DNA of 64,000 bases from Candidatus Latescibacterota bacterium (GTDB lineage: Bacteria; Latescibacterota; UBA2968; GCA-2709665). Under the pieces are notes generated by a model. That model was not told the DNA's origin. It made no database searches and saw only the letters and a list, made by a program, of their open reading frames with translations. The stretch lies in NCBI GenBank assembly GCA_965205485.1, contig OZ242180.1:4192001-4256000 (forward strand). The letters run 5' to 3'. Below, piece after piece: positions 37,562 through 49,334 of the stretch. Position numbers and translations under genes: made by a program. The number at the start of each line of letters is the position of its first letter. Position 1 is the first letter of the stretch.

Positions 37562-40500
37562 ATGCAGATCCCATATATCTCCAAAGAATCCCAACGGGGA
37601 ACCACCCACCCGATTCCCGCGATCCTCGCCATTGTGCTCAGCACGAGTCTTTTGTCCGGTTCGGACAAGCTCCATGCCGAACCGGGCATTCAACTCTCAT
37701 TCGGAAGAACACCCGCGCACGTCTTTCATCGTTCCCCGGCCAAACTGACGTATTCCCGTTCCACCGCCTTTCAGCCTCTCTTTCGACAGCGGCGGCAGTT
37801 CACCCAGACGGTCACCCGACTGCTCAACACGGAGACGGGTACCCTCATGGTGTATCGCGCCGCGGGTGAAGTCGTTCATGGCATTCCGGCGGTCATCACC
37901 ATTAAGGGTCTGACCGCATACAAATTCGACGCCGACTTTCGTCGCGTGGTTGCGGAAAAACTCAGTCTTCCCGTGCAAACTCGCCGGGGTATGGGCGGGG
38001 CGCTCGTGGATATCAAGATACCCGTCAAGGTGCCCAAGGCATTGAGTGTCATTGCGGGTGAAGGCGACACCAATATCAAGATCACCGGATCGCGGCGTAT
38101 CGATCTGTCAGGGGTGAATACGACCGTGGGCGGACAGGCACAGACCGTTCGCGCGCGGGCAGCCGAGGGATTTACCGTCAATTTCGAGCAGGAATCCCAG
38201 TTAAACGTTCAGGGCACGATTGGCGACCGTATTTCGCTGAATCTGCAACAGGACAGCCGCGGCCAGACGGATATCAGCGAGTCCCTTCAATTTCGCTACG
38301 ATGGGGACGAGGACGATATCATCCAGGAGATCGAGGCGGGCCGTACCTCCCTCAGTCTGCCGGGTACCCGCCTGGTCGGCTTCAGCTCATCCAACCGAAG
38401 CGGTCTGTTTGGCATCAAGGGTCGCGGGCGCCTGGGGGGATTGGATGTAACGGTGGTCACCAGCCACGACCGTGGCGCCAGCAACCGGAAATCGTTCCAG
38501 GGTCAGGCGGAGGAGATTGCACATAGAATCAGGGACTACGATTACGAAGAAAACCGTTACTTCTTTCTCGACCAGGTATATCGAAGGAGTTTCCCCGACG
38601 AACCCGCTCGACCGGATCTCGTGGACATCAACTCCGTCCGGGTTTTTCTTAACGACTTCAACGATCGCAATGATATTGAACAGCGAGCAGGCCGCGGAAT
38701 CGCCTACGCATTCTGGAGTGGCGAAACGACTCCGGAGCCCGATGCCGGTGTGGATGGCGCACAGAGCGGAGGCATCGAAGAGGGGTTTTTTCACGAATTG
38801 GACCGCTCCGAATTTCTGGTTGACGCCAGAGGCTATTTGATCATGACCGTCGGGAGAGTCCTGCGAAGTCACACGCTTGCCGTTGCGTACCGGACGGCCG
38901 ACGGCCGGGTCTTCGGCGACCTCAATTTCATCCAGAATCCCTCAAACCCGGAAGCGAAAATCAGGCTGAAACTCATACACGCCCGCCAGCAAAGGCCGGA
39001 ATTTCCAACATGGGACCTGGCGTGGCGAAACGTGTATTTCCTGGGAAACCGCGACATCGCGCCCGAGGGATTCGAACTGGAGATCCTCAGAGACGTGCCC
39101 GGCCAGGAAGCGGTGGACAACCAGGGCGGCACCCCCTACCTTCAAATCTTCGGACTGGACAGGCACACGAACGGCGCCTCGGAATCCTCTCCTCCCGACA
39201 ACCTTATCGACATCGACGGAGGCACGAATCTGCCCGGACTCAATCTACTGACCGGCCACCTTGTATTTCCCGACCTCGAGCCATTTGGCGAACGCGGTGT
39301 CGGCGCAGAGACGCTGGCGGACGACGCCCGCGTGCCCGAGATCTACAACACGACCAACAACACCACCCGCGCCCAGAAAGGACAATATTTCCTGCGAATC
39401 CGATCGCAGAGCAGGGCCACCACATTCCAACTGGGATTCGGCCTGATCGAAAACAGCGAGGAAGTGCTGTTGAATAATCGGCGGCTGACCCGCGGCCGGG
39501 ACTACAACATCAGTTATGAGCTCGGTACGATCGAGCTGATCGGGGAGGCCGCGGACCTCGCGGCCGACCCTTCCGCCAGCCTGATCATCAACTACGGTTC
39601 CAAGAGCCAGTTCGGTCTGGGCGGCGGGCAGAAGAGTCTTCTTGGCATCCGGGCGGAGCACCCGTTCAAAGACAACGTCTCCATGGTGGGAGTGAGCCTT
39701 CTCTACGGCAGCGAGAGCGCAACCAGGCAACGGATCCGCGTGGGCGAAGAGCCTGCGCGAACCCTGATCTGGGATATGAACGGCCGGTTCCGCTTCAAGC
39801 CGCAAATCCTGACCGACTTCGCCAACAGGCTGCCGTTTGTCTCCACCCAGGCGCCATCGGCGCTGAACGTCGACATGGAAATTGCCCAGAGCCTTCCCAA
39901 CCCGAATACGAAGAACGTCGCGTACATCGATGACTTCGAAGGCGCCGAAAGCAGGAAGTCGTTTTCGACGTTTAAGTTCGACTGGTCCGCCGGAAGCTCC
40001 CCAACCCGGAACGGACTCCCGCTCTCGATGCCGAGGGGACGCCTCACCTGGTACAATCTGGTGGACCGGGACCGCATAACCATCTACGAGATTCAGCCGA
40101 GCCGCGACGATATTCCCGTGGAAAGCAGTATCATCGACGATGTTCTCAGTGTCCGATTCGAGCCGCACCGCACCAACGGCTTTCCTGAGACATCCAGAAA
40201 CCCGGCCGGAGGCCTGCCGGAAAACTCCTGGGCCGGCATTACGAGTTACCTGTACGGCATGGACTTCTCGCGGTCCAAGTTCATCGAGCTCTGGGTCAGG
40301 GGGAATGCCGGCCGGCTGCATATCGATCTGGGCGAGATCTCCGAGCGCGCGGACCTGCTGCTCGATCACGCGACCTTCAATCCGCCGCCTGCCGGGCAGT
40401 TTCGAACCGAAGACCGTCCTCTTCCCGGTTTTCCCACGGGCGATGACGTGGCCATACCGGAAGAGGACATCGGCCTTGACGGCCTGACCGATGCCCAGGA

Positions 40501-43500
40501 AGATTCGGTCTTTCGCCTGATCTACCCCGGCGTGACCGTACCCGACGATCCGTCCGATGACAACTTCAAGGACGTGGACGACGACCAGGAGGACCTTCGT
40601 TTCCGGTACCCGGCAGGCATAAATGGTACCCAGAACAACAATTCCGAGCGTGAACAAAGACCCGACTCCGAAGACCTCAACCGCAACGGCATCCTGGACA
40701 CGCGCAACCATTACCTGCAATACGGCGTCGACCTGGCGTCCGATCGGGGCTGGAACCCGATGACGGGCGAGTATGACGGCCCTTCCGTTCTCGTCGTCGG
40801 CAGCCAGTCCGATCCTTCCGACAGGCCCTGGAGGCTGTTGCGCATTCCTCTGCGCGGCAGCAATGCGCCTCGCACGGTCGAAGGCAATCCGGATACCACT
40901 TTTGCCGGCGTGTTTGATTTCGCGCGAGTCTGGATCGAACACGACGATACAACCTCCCTCGACATCTACACGATTGCCGCCGTAGGAAGCGACTGGCTCG
41001 AAGATGAAACCCCCGAGGGACATCAGTCGGGTGACTTCAAGGTAGCCACGATCGGCACCGACAATCAGGTCTACGAAATTCCGCCCGGACTCGAACGTGA
41101 GATCGATCCCCAGACGGGAAGGCAACTTCTCGAACGGTCTCTCGTTCTCCGGTTTGAAGACCTCTTCCCCGGTGAGAGCGTGTCGGCGTCGCGAACCTTT
41201 ACCGAGGGCGAGAACTATACCCGATACGGTCTGATGACCATGTTCGTTCACGGTGGGAATCCCACGTCACCCACGTACGAGGCCAATTTTCCCGCCGGAC
41301 CCGATTCAGTCGCCGAAAGCTTCAGCCCGATCGAACTCTTCGTGAGGTTTTCACCCATTGGCGAAGACACGCTCAACTTCTATGAGTTCAGGAAGCCCAT
41401 CTACCGGGGTTGGTCTCCGGAAAACAATACATTCAAGATCGAGCTCGATGTGCTGACGCAAATCAAGGCGAAACTCACAGACTTCAAGGCCATCGGGCAG
41501 TCGTCCGACACCCTGAGGATCTCCCTCCCGTCCGGAGAGATCCTGGCCGACTACGACAGCGAAGCCGGTCAGATACGCGCAGGCCTGCACGGCGGAACGT
41601 ATACCGTGCGGGGCAACCCGGCGCTTTCGAAAATCAAGTCATTCGTGGTCGGCGTCAGAAACACGGGAGATTTCCCACTGGAGGGCGAGAACGAAATCTG
41701 GCTGGATGAACTTCGTGTCGATCGAGTCCGCAAGAAAAACGCCGTCTCGATGTTGCTGAATGTTCAGACGACACTGGCGGATTTGGGCAATGTGAGCCTG
41801 AATCTGGAACGAAGGAGCGGCGACTTCCAGGATCTTCAGGGGCGTTCCACGGGCAATTCGACAACGCAGGTCAGCATGAACGGTTCATTCAATCTGAACA
41901 AGTTCCTGCCCGAGAGGTGGAACACCGTCATTCCGGTCCGGTTCAATTACCTCCGGAACGGCTCGGTTCCCCGCATCCGGCAGGGTTCAGACATCGTATT
42001 GACCGAACAGCAGAAGAGCAGGGAGAGCGCGGTCCGCGCTTCCTCACGGTTCAACGTCTCTCTGCGCAAGCGTCCGGCGGCGAGAAACCGACGCTGGGTC
42101 GCCAGACTCTTCTTCGACCGGATCAATGCATCGCTGAACCTCCTGACCAATAACGCTGTCAGCGGCGCGATTACGAGGCGCCGATCCAACAAAGAACATA
42201 ACTTCAACGGGAGCTTCAGCTATGACGTCAGCTGGCCCAGACAGACGGGCGTTAAAATCCTCACCTGGGTCCCGGGGCTGGGTTCCCATTTCGAGGAAGT
42301 CCAGTTCTTCTACCTCCCGTCAACACTTCGCTATAACCTGCGTTTCGACCGGAAGAACATCAACAGGCGCTCCTTCTCCGCCGTCGAAGGCGATACGTCC
42401 GACGTTATCGCGGTGCTGAACGAGACTTTCAACGTCAACGAGAGTTTCGCCATAAAACTGGCTCCGTTTCGGAGCCTGAACGCCAACTATTCCCTCGCAG
42501 TAAACCGCGACCTCCGGAATTCGTTCGACTTCGCAAGGCTGCAGTTCGGCCGCGAGACCACGCGAAATCAGGAGGTGCGTTTCAACTTCACGCCCCGCGT
42601 TTCCAAGTGGCTCAACATCAATTCCGACTACTCCTCCCGCTATCGCGAACGCCTTGAAACCGGGGGCCAGCGTATTTCCATCGGCAACGAACGCAGAGGT
42701 CTGACCGTGGGCAACAACAGCAGCGTTGGTGGCAGGTTCAGCCTGAACCTGCCCGGTCTCTTCCGACCTCTGGCACGTCCGTCGAAAGACCGGACCGGGT
42801 TTTCCGTCATCCGGATGATTGGTAAAATGGGCGGGTCATTGGAAGCCGTCCAGCTCAACGTCAGTCGCAGACGCACATTCAATCTCTTCGGCCTGCGACG
42901 CCGACCCGCGTTGAAGTTCCAGCTCGGGTTCACCGACACCACCAGATCGCTCCGCTACGGATCCGGGGGTGTCACGCGCGTCAACACCAGAAACATCGCC
43001 GATAATGCGATTCTCAAGGGCGGCGTCCGCCTTCCTGCCGGCTTTCGAGGCAGTACCAATCTGACGTTCAATCATACAAGGAATTTTGGTAACGCCAATA
43101 CGGAAGAACAGAAACTGGAATTCCCGGAATTTGGCGTAAACTGGCGCGGCCTTGGTGAACTGCCGGTCTTGAGGTGGTTGTTCACCAGTTCGAGTCTCAG
43201 CTTCAACTACAAGACAAACCGCATCTTCCGGGGCGACGGCGGGCTGGATGACAATGTCCTGACCAGCGATACGCGGAGAACGGAGTTCAGGCCTCTTGTC
43301 GCGTGGCAGGCCCGGTGGAAGAACAGAATGAGCACGAATCTCCGCAGAAACCGCAGTCGCCAGAGCGACCTCAGGTACCAACGCAACGTGGCCACGGACA
43401 CGACCCTGGCGCAGCCGACGCTGGAGGAGCGCCAGATTGGAACGACCATAACAGAAGCGTCCCAGTTCACGGCATCCCTCAGATATTCACTCAGCTCGAA

Positions 43501-43786
43501 ACTCGTCAGGAAACTGCAAAGCAACCTCGACCTCACCCTGGAGTACGGCACGAACACAAGCCTCAAACGGGAGATTCCCAGAAGCGCGGACGCTACCGAA
43601 AGCGAACAGGCCGTTGTGCGGCAGAGCGAAGATCGATGGCACGCCAGCCTTGCAGGTCAGTATGAGTTCAGCAGCAAGTTTACGGGAGGGACCCGCTTTC
43701 GGCATGAAAACCGGAAAGACAAGCTCCGGGACCTGAACAACAAGGTCTGGGAATTCAGAGTATGGGGAGAAATCCGCTTCAATTGA
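37562..43786 (+). CDS. sprA: SprA/Sov-like giant outer-membrane beta-barrel (T9SS translocon homologue); start uncertain
   Basis: ~2075 aa; YDGDEDDIIQEIEAG, GLFGIK, GRDYNISYELG, AYIDDFEG, IDLGEISE, DSEDLNRNG, EIWLDELRV; C-terminus EIRFN. Confidence 0.85.
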   Translation: MQIPYISKESQRGTTHPIPAILAIVLSTSLLSGSDKLHAEPGIQLSFGRTPAHVFHRSPAKLTYSRSTAFQPLFRQRRQFTQTVTRLLNTETGTLMVYRAAGEVVHGIPAVITIKGLTAYKFDADFRRVVAEKLSLPVQTRRGMGGALVDIKIPVKVPKALSVIAGEGDTNIKITGSRRIDLSGVNTTVGGQAQTVRARAAEGFTVNFEQESQLNVQGTIGDRISLNLQQDSRGQTDISESLQFRYDGDEDDIIQEIEAGRTSLSLPGTRLVGFSSSNRSGLFGIKGRGRLGGLDVTVVTSHDRGASNRKSFQGQAEEIAHRIRDYDYEENRYFFLDQVYRRSFPDEPARPDLVDINSVRVFLNDFNDRNDIEQRAGRGIAYAFWSGETTPEPDAGVDGAQSGGIEEGFFHELDRSEFLVDARGYLIMTVGRVLRSHTLAVAYRTADGRVFGDLNFIQNPSNPEAKIRLKLIHARQQRPEFPTWDLAWRNVYFLGNRDIAPEGFELEILRDVPGQEAVDNQGGTPYLQIFGLDRHTNGASESSPPDNLIDIDGGTNLPGLNLLTGHLVFPDLEPFGERGVGAETLADDARVPEIYNTTNNTTRAQKGQYFLRIRSQSRATTFQLGFGLIENSEEVLLNNRRLTRGRDYNISYELGTIELIGEAADLAADPSASLIINYGSKSQFGLGGGQKSLLGIRAEHPFKDNVSMVGVSLLYGSESATRQRIRVGEEPARTLIWDMNGRFRFKPQILTDFANRLPFVSTQAPSALNVDMEIAQSLPNPNTKNVAYIDDFEGAESRKSFSTFKFDWSAGSSPTRNGLPLSMPRGRLTWYNLVDRDRITIYEIQPSRDDIPVESSIIDDVLSVRFEPHRTNGFPETSRNPAGGLPENSWAGITSYLYGMDFSRSKFIELWVRGNAGRLHIDLGEISERADLLLDHATFNPPPAGQFRTEDRPLPGFPTGDDVAIPEEDIGLDGLTDAQEDSVFRLIYPGVTVPDDPSDDNFKDVDDDQEDLRFRYPAGINGTQNNNSEREQRPDSEDLNRNGILDTRNHYLQYGVDLASDRGWNPMTGEYDGPSVLVVGSQSDPSDRPWRLLRIPLRGSNAPRTVEGNPDTTFAGVFDFARVWIEHDDTTSLDIYTIAAVGSDWLEDETPEGHQSGDFKVATIGTDNQVYEIPPGLEREIDPQTGRQLLERSLVLRFEDLFPGESVSASRTFTEGENYTRYGLMTMFVHGGNPTSPTYEANFPAGPDSVAESFSPIELFVRFSPIGEDTLNFYEFRKPIYRGWSPENNTFKIELDVLTQIKAKLTDFKAIGQSSDTLRISLPSGEILADYDSEAGQIRAGLHGGTYTVRGNPALSKIKSFVVGVRNTGDFPLEGENEIWLDELRVDRVRKKNAVSMLLNVQTTLADLGNVSLNLERRSGDFQDLQGRSTGNSTTQVSMNGSFNLNKFLPERWNTVIPVRFNYLRNGSVPRIRQGSDIVLTEQQKSRESAVRASSRFNVSLRKRPAARNRRWVARLFFDRINASLNLLTNNAVSGAITRRRSNKEHNFNGSFSYDVSWPRQTGVKILTWVPGLGSHFEEVQFFYLPSTLRYNLRFDRKNINRRSFSAVEGDTSDVIAVLNETFNVNESFAIKLAPFRSLNANYSLAVNRDLRNSFDFARLQFGRETTRNQEVRFNFTPRVSKWLNINSDYSSRYRERLETGGQRISIGNERRGLTVGNNSSVGGRFSLNLPGLFRPLARPSKDRTGFSVIRMIGKMGGSLEAVQLNVSRRRTFNLFGLRRRPALKFQLGFTDTTRSLRYGSGGVTRVNTRNIADNAILKGGVRLPAGFRGSTNLTFNHTRNFGNANTEEQKLEFPEFGVNWRGLGELPVLRWLFTSSSLSFNYKTNRIFRGDGGLDDNVLTSDTRRTEFRPLVAWQARWKNRMSTNLRRNRSRQSDLRYQRNVATDTTLAQPTLEERQIGTTITEASQFTASLRYSLSSKLVRKLQSNLDLTLEYGTNTSLKREIPRSADATESEQAVVRQSEDRWHASLAGQYEFSSKFTGGTRFRHENRKDKLRDLNNKVWEFRVWGEIRFN

Positions 43787-43843
43787 AACTGTCCGTCCGC
43801 CGTCCAACCTCCATCGGTTCCCGCCATCTCTGCTGGAGATCGC

Positions 43844-44230
43844 ATGTTTTCCTTCAATCGCAAGGAACGGTTCGTTTTGCTGGGTCTTACCGCGGCATTG
43901 CTCGTTGGCGGGGCGGTCAATCTGGTTGAACGGTACAGCGGCCACGACCTCCCGGACTTTCACGTTCAAAAGGGCGCGGTTCCGGTACCCGACGGTCCGG
44001 AAGAAACTGAATCTGTGCAGCAGCAAACCGGTCCGATCGATCTGAACCGGGCATCGGCGGGACAGCTGACGCGCCTGCCGGGCATCGGCCCAAAAATCGC
44101 CCGTCGCATTGTGGACGACCGAAATCAGCGGGGGCCATTCAAGTCCGTGGATGACTTGACCCGAGTTAAGGGAATCGGAAAAAAGACGGTGAAAAAGCTC
44201 GGTCCGAAGATTACGGTCGACAGTCCATGA
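43844..44230 (+). CDS. comEA: ComEA-family helix-hairpin-helix DNA-binding protein
   Basis: N-terminal TM; IDLNRAS..LPGIGPKIARRIV..GPFKSVDDL..VKGIG. Confidence 0.9.
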   Translation: MFSFNRKERFVLLGLTAALLVGGAVNLVERYSGHDLPDFHVQKGAVPVPDGPEETESVQQQTGPIDLNRASAGQLTRLPGIGPKIARRIVDDRNQRGPFKSVDDLTRVKGIGKKTVKKLGPKITVDSP

Positions 44231-45176
44231 CCAGGGCAACGGGGATTCAGATTGCTGGCGACCTGCTTCGATTGGCATGCCTGGAGCGCGCGCCGGCTGG
44301 CTATCGGCTGTGTGCGCTCTTCGAGTCGCGCCTGATCACGCCTCTTTTGCCACATTGGCCTGTTCAACCGCGTGTCATGCGATGCGTCTCGGAGGGTCTG
44401 CGGCGTGCATTCGAGCAGGTTCAGGGTGTGCCGGGGACCGTTGCACTCTCGCTGGGAGGCGGCTTCTTTCACCTGCAAAAGACGCCGCTGGAACTGGCTT
44501 CGCCCGATGATCGACAGGAACACGTCGCGTGGGAGGCAGCGCAAACGCTGGTCGACCCCATCGAAAGGTATACCGTCAGTTACAGAGCCGTGGGACGAAC
44601 TGCGTTCTGGACGGCCATCCGCAAGGAGGTCATCGAATTCTGTTCTGAATTGCTTTCATCGCTTTTCGTGCGAAAGTTCCGTCTGGAAGCCGAGCCGATC
44701 GGACTGTTTTACGCCTGCCTGCTGGCGACAGGTCGGACCGGATCCAGCGCCGTTTTCATGGGCGGGCGCCCCTGGCTCTATTTTGCTGCGACGGAATCGG
44801 GCGTTCTGGTTTCGGCAGAGGCTGCCTGGCTGGGAAACACGAAACGGGAAGACGGGTTGCCACCCAAGACCTTGTGCAAATGCACGAACGCGGAAGATAC
44901 CGACGTCATATTGCGCCGCTGGCTCAACAGACGGCGCGGGCCCGACGCGAGCATGTCCGGATTTGATCGGATTCTGTTGTGCGGCGAAGATCAGCAGATG
45001 GCGACCCTTGGCCAGCGCATAGATGCGGCCGGCGGGCCAGGATTCGAAACCCTCCTGCCCTTTTCGAATTGTACGACGGAGACGCTCCAGGAATCACAGC
45101 GCCGCTTGCTGGCGAACCAGTCTACGTTCAGTGTTGCGGCAGGGCTGGCTTACATGAACCTTGCAAAGGAGCAACC

Positions 45177-45180
<4 letters not shown>
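44227..45180 (+). CDS. Hypothetical protein, divergent PilM/FtsA-like
   Basis: GIQIAG at the N-terminus, ILLCGE and C-terminal VAAGLA echo PilM; ATGA-coupled on both sides. Confidence 0.55.
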
Positions 45181-46680
<1,500 letters not shown>

Positions 46681-46828
46681 TCACCGATAGAGGTCGCCCA
46701 CCCCGATCCCGCGGACGATACCCCACCTCTTTGGTGTTTCCCTGAAAATTCCTTTCGAACCCCGTACCGCTTCTGAAAATCCCGTTCACCGCAGCGCGTC
46801 TCAGGCGCCGCAATTCCCCCGTTTTTTC

Positions 46829-46844
46829 TGGTACTCCTTTTGCA
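46829..46844 (+). promoter_or_regulatory. Possible sigma54 (-24/-12) promoter for dprA
   Basis: TGGTACTCCTTTTGCA: GG-N10-GC with TGG and TTGCA. Confidence 0.45.
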
Positions 46845-46919
46845 TACAGATAGACTGAACCTGACACGCACCACACCTGGACACCATCTATCGCTGAGGC
46901 GCGCAGGCCTGTTCCGCTA

Positions 46920-48044
46920 ATGATGTCCAAAGACATTCTGGACTGGTTGACCCTTCATTCTGTCGCCGGGCTCGGACCCGTCGCATTTTCCGCATTGCTG
47001 CGTGAGTTTCGCAGACCGGACGAGGTATTGCGGGCGACCCGTCAACGCCTGTGTACTGTACCGGGCATAGGTCCGGAACTTGCCGACGCGATCCATGCGG
47101 ATCGCGACCCGGCCTGGGCTGAAGAGCAGCTTCGTCGCGCTGAAGACGCGCGCGTGCATCTGCTGACGCTGCAGTGTTCCGACTATCCAGGCTATCTTCG
47201 AGAAACCCATGCGCCGCCGCCAATCCTCTTTGTACTCGGAAAAGTAGATGTTTGCAAGCATCCCACCGTCGCGATCGTGGGCTCCCGCTCATTCACGTCC
47301 TACGGGCGTGACATCGCTTATCAGATGTCCGGAGAACTCGTACGTCACGGTATTACCGTGGTCAGCGGACTGGCCACCGGTATCGATACGTACGTCCACC
47401 GGGGCGCGCTTGCCGAACGAGGATTCACCGTGGCGGTATTGGGCAGCGGACTGGACAGGCCGTATCCGCCACAAAACATGGACCTGTTCCATGTGATCAA
47501 CGAAACCGGCGCCACGCTTTCAGAATTCCCGATGGGCGCATCTGCAGAAGCCCACAACTTTCCTCGCCGCAACCGAATCATCAGTGGGCTCAGCCTCGGC
47601 GTCCTGGTTGTCGAGGCAGGTGAACGCAGTGGTGCGTTAATCACCGCCCGCCTCGCGCTGGATCAGAACCGGGAGGTTTTCGCCGTTCCGGGTCCGGTTC
47701 ATTCCGGCCGAAGCCGCGGCACAAACCGGTTGATCAGGCAGGGCGCGGTTCTGGTTCAATCGGTAGAGGACATTCTGGATGAAATCCGTCCGCAACTGAC
47801 GCAAGTCCCCACACGAAATGTCCGTCCGAAACCGGCTCCGGAACCCCTGGAACTCTCGCATCGGGAACGCCAGGTCTATGAGTGCCTTTCCTCCGACATG
47901 CCGGCCCACATCGATGCCATTGCCGAACGTACGGAAATCCCGGCCGCCAGTGTGCTTTCATTGCTGCTGTCGCTTGAACTGGCGGGTGTCGCCGAACAAC
48001 TACCCGGAAAACGCTTTGTCCGGAAGCCGGTTCGAACCGGATAA
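46920..48044 (+). CDS. dprA: DNA-processing protein DprA
   Basis: VAIVGSR, VSGLATGID, FPRRNRIISGLS, VEAGERSGALITA, C-terminal winged helix. Confidence 0.96.
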   Translation: MMSKDILDWLTLHSVAGLGPVAFSALLREFRRPDEVLRATRQRLCTVPGIGPELADAIHADRDPAWAEEQLRRAEDARVHLLTLQCSDYPGYLRETHAPPPILFVLGKVDVCKHPTVAIVGSRSFTSYGRDIAYQMSGELVRHGITVVSGLATGIDTYVHRGALAERGFTVAVLGSGLDRPYPPQNMDLFHVINETGATLSEFPMGASAEAHNFPRRNRIISGLSLGVLVVEAGERSGALITARLALDQNREVFAVPGPVHSGRSRGTNRLIRQGAVLVQSVEDILDEIRPQLTQVPTRNVRPKPAPEPLELSHRERQVYECLSSDMPAHIDAIAERTEIPAASVLSLLLSLELAGVAEQLPGKRFVRKPVRTG

Positions 48045-48138
48045 CGACCAGAGCCATCCATTTCGGAGGCTCTGGTCGCGGCGCAGCACTGCTGTATTCT
48101 TGGATCGGGGTTGAAGACTGGTGGGTAAATTAAGACCC

Positions 48139-48352
48139 AGAAGCTGTTTTAAAATTCCCATCGGTCTTCGCACGGCTGCAAAAGCGCCGGTCGGCGTTGG
48201 TCAAATCCACCCGTATCCAATGTATCGAGGCTGCGCGCCCCTCGCCTCTCTTAGGCGGATTTTCCCGTCGGCGCTGCGCGCCCCTCGCGCCTCATAACCG
48301 CCGCTTTTTCGCTCGTGCTCGGGAACTCACCGGTAATTTCAAAACAACTTCT
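48139..48352. mobile_element. MITE-like element with 18-bp imperfect terminal inverted repeats
   Basis: AGAAGCTGTTTTAAAATT ... AATTTCAAAACAACTTCT (16/18 match), non-coding, three further copies or fragments in the window. Confidence 0.8.
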
Positions 48353-48981
48353 CAGAATCGACGCATCAGGCCGACAATCTTGCCCGCAATGCGGAACTCG
48401 TCGCGGCCCGGATGAACCAAGATGGTTTCGAACGCGTCGTTCTCAGGCGTGAGCCGTACCCGGCCCGCGTCGGGGAAATATCGCTTCACGGTTGCCTCCT
48501 CCCCAATCACCGCCACCACGATCTCGCCAGGACTCGCCGTTTCCTGATGGCGTGCCAACACATAATCACCATCCAGGATGCCTGCGTCGCGCATACTCTC
48601 ACCCTTGACTCGAAGAACGAAGACATCCTCTGACGGCAGAAAAGAACGATCGACCGCCACGGTTCCCTCGACGTTTTCAGTTGCCAGAATGGGCTCCCCG
48701 GCAGCCACACGTCCAATTACCGGCACCTCCCGCGTCTCGGACCCTCCGGGAATGTCGCGTTCCATGTAGTCTGTAAGCTCGATACCCCGGGACACCATCG
48801 GGCGCCGCCGGATGTATCCCTTTTTTTCGAGCGCGGCCAGCGTGGTTCTCACGCCATTCGTGGAAGCAATGTTAAACGCATCCATCGTCTCCCGAATTGT
48901 TGGAGGAGCGCCGCCGTCTCGAATCTTCCGGGCGATAAACTCGTAGATTTCGTTCTGCCTGTCCGTCAACTTCTGACGCAT
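48352..48981 (-). CDS. lexA: SOS repressor LexA
   Basis: LTDRQ..PPTIRE winged HTH, VAAG cleavage site, GESM (Ser), ATVKR (Lys). Confidence 0.96.
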   Translation of the reverse strand: MRQKLTDRQNEIYEFIARKIRDGGAPPTIRETMDAFNIASTNGVRTTLAALEKKGYIRRRPMVSRGIELTDYMERDIPGGSETREVPVIGRVAAGEPILATENVEGTVAVDRSFLPSEDVFVLRVKGESMRDAGILDGDYVLARHQETASPGEIVVAVIGEEATVKRYFPDAGRVRLTPENDAFETILVHPGRDEFRIAGKIVGLMRRF

Positions 48982-49076
48982 GGCTCATCTCCTCAAGAGC
49001 CGGACGCCTTTTAAGATTTCGAAAACACGTCCGGTTCGTTTCAATTCGGTCCGTTAACATGGGCACTGCTCATTTG

Positions 49077-49105
49077 AATATAGTGAACATTAGTTCATTC
49101 GTCAA
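49077..49105 (-). promoter_or_regulatory. lexA promoter with a palindromic putative SOS box in the spacer
   Basis: Minus strand TTGACG-17 nt-TATATT; TGAAC-ATTA-GTTCA at 49084-49097. Confidence 0.7.
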
Positions 49106-49334
49106 CATCAGTTTTGTGCGGTGCCGCAACTTGCCATTGCCGAAAGCGTCGTGGATTCGAAATCGAACAAAAGTACTCGTCAAACCGGAAACCTCATGAT
49201 GCTACCAGGAAGTTCATCTGCAAACCACTGCAAAACCTATACTTAGATCAAACATAAAGTGCTTGACAGGTGTACCGGGTTACGTATATTTATCCATCCG
49301 GCGCATTGATTCTCCAGGTAAAAGGTGGCGTCAC

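Noticed and set aside
39245..41251. Long antisense ORFs (668 aa here; also 4887-6341, 12436-13734, 15837-17204, 57674-58852)
   Set aside because: They shadow well-supported genes on the opposite strand, which is expected with GC-rich codon bias, and show no motifs.
46774..46788. LexA box upstream of dprA (TGAAAATCCCGTTCA)
   Set aside because: One base too long and mismatched relative to GAAC-N4-GTTC.
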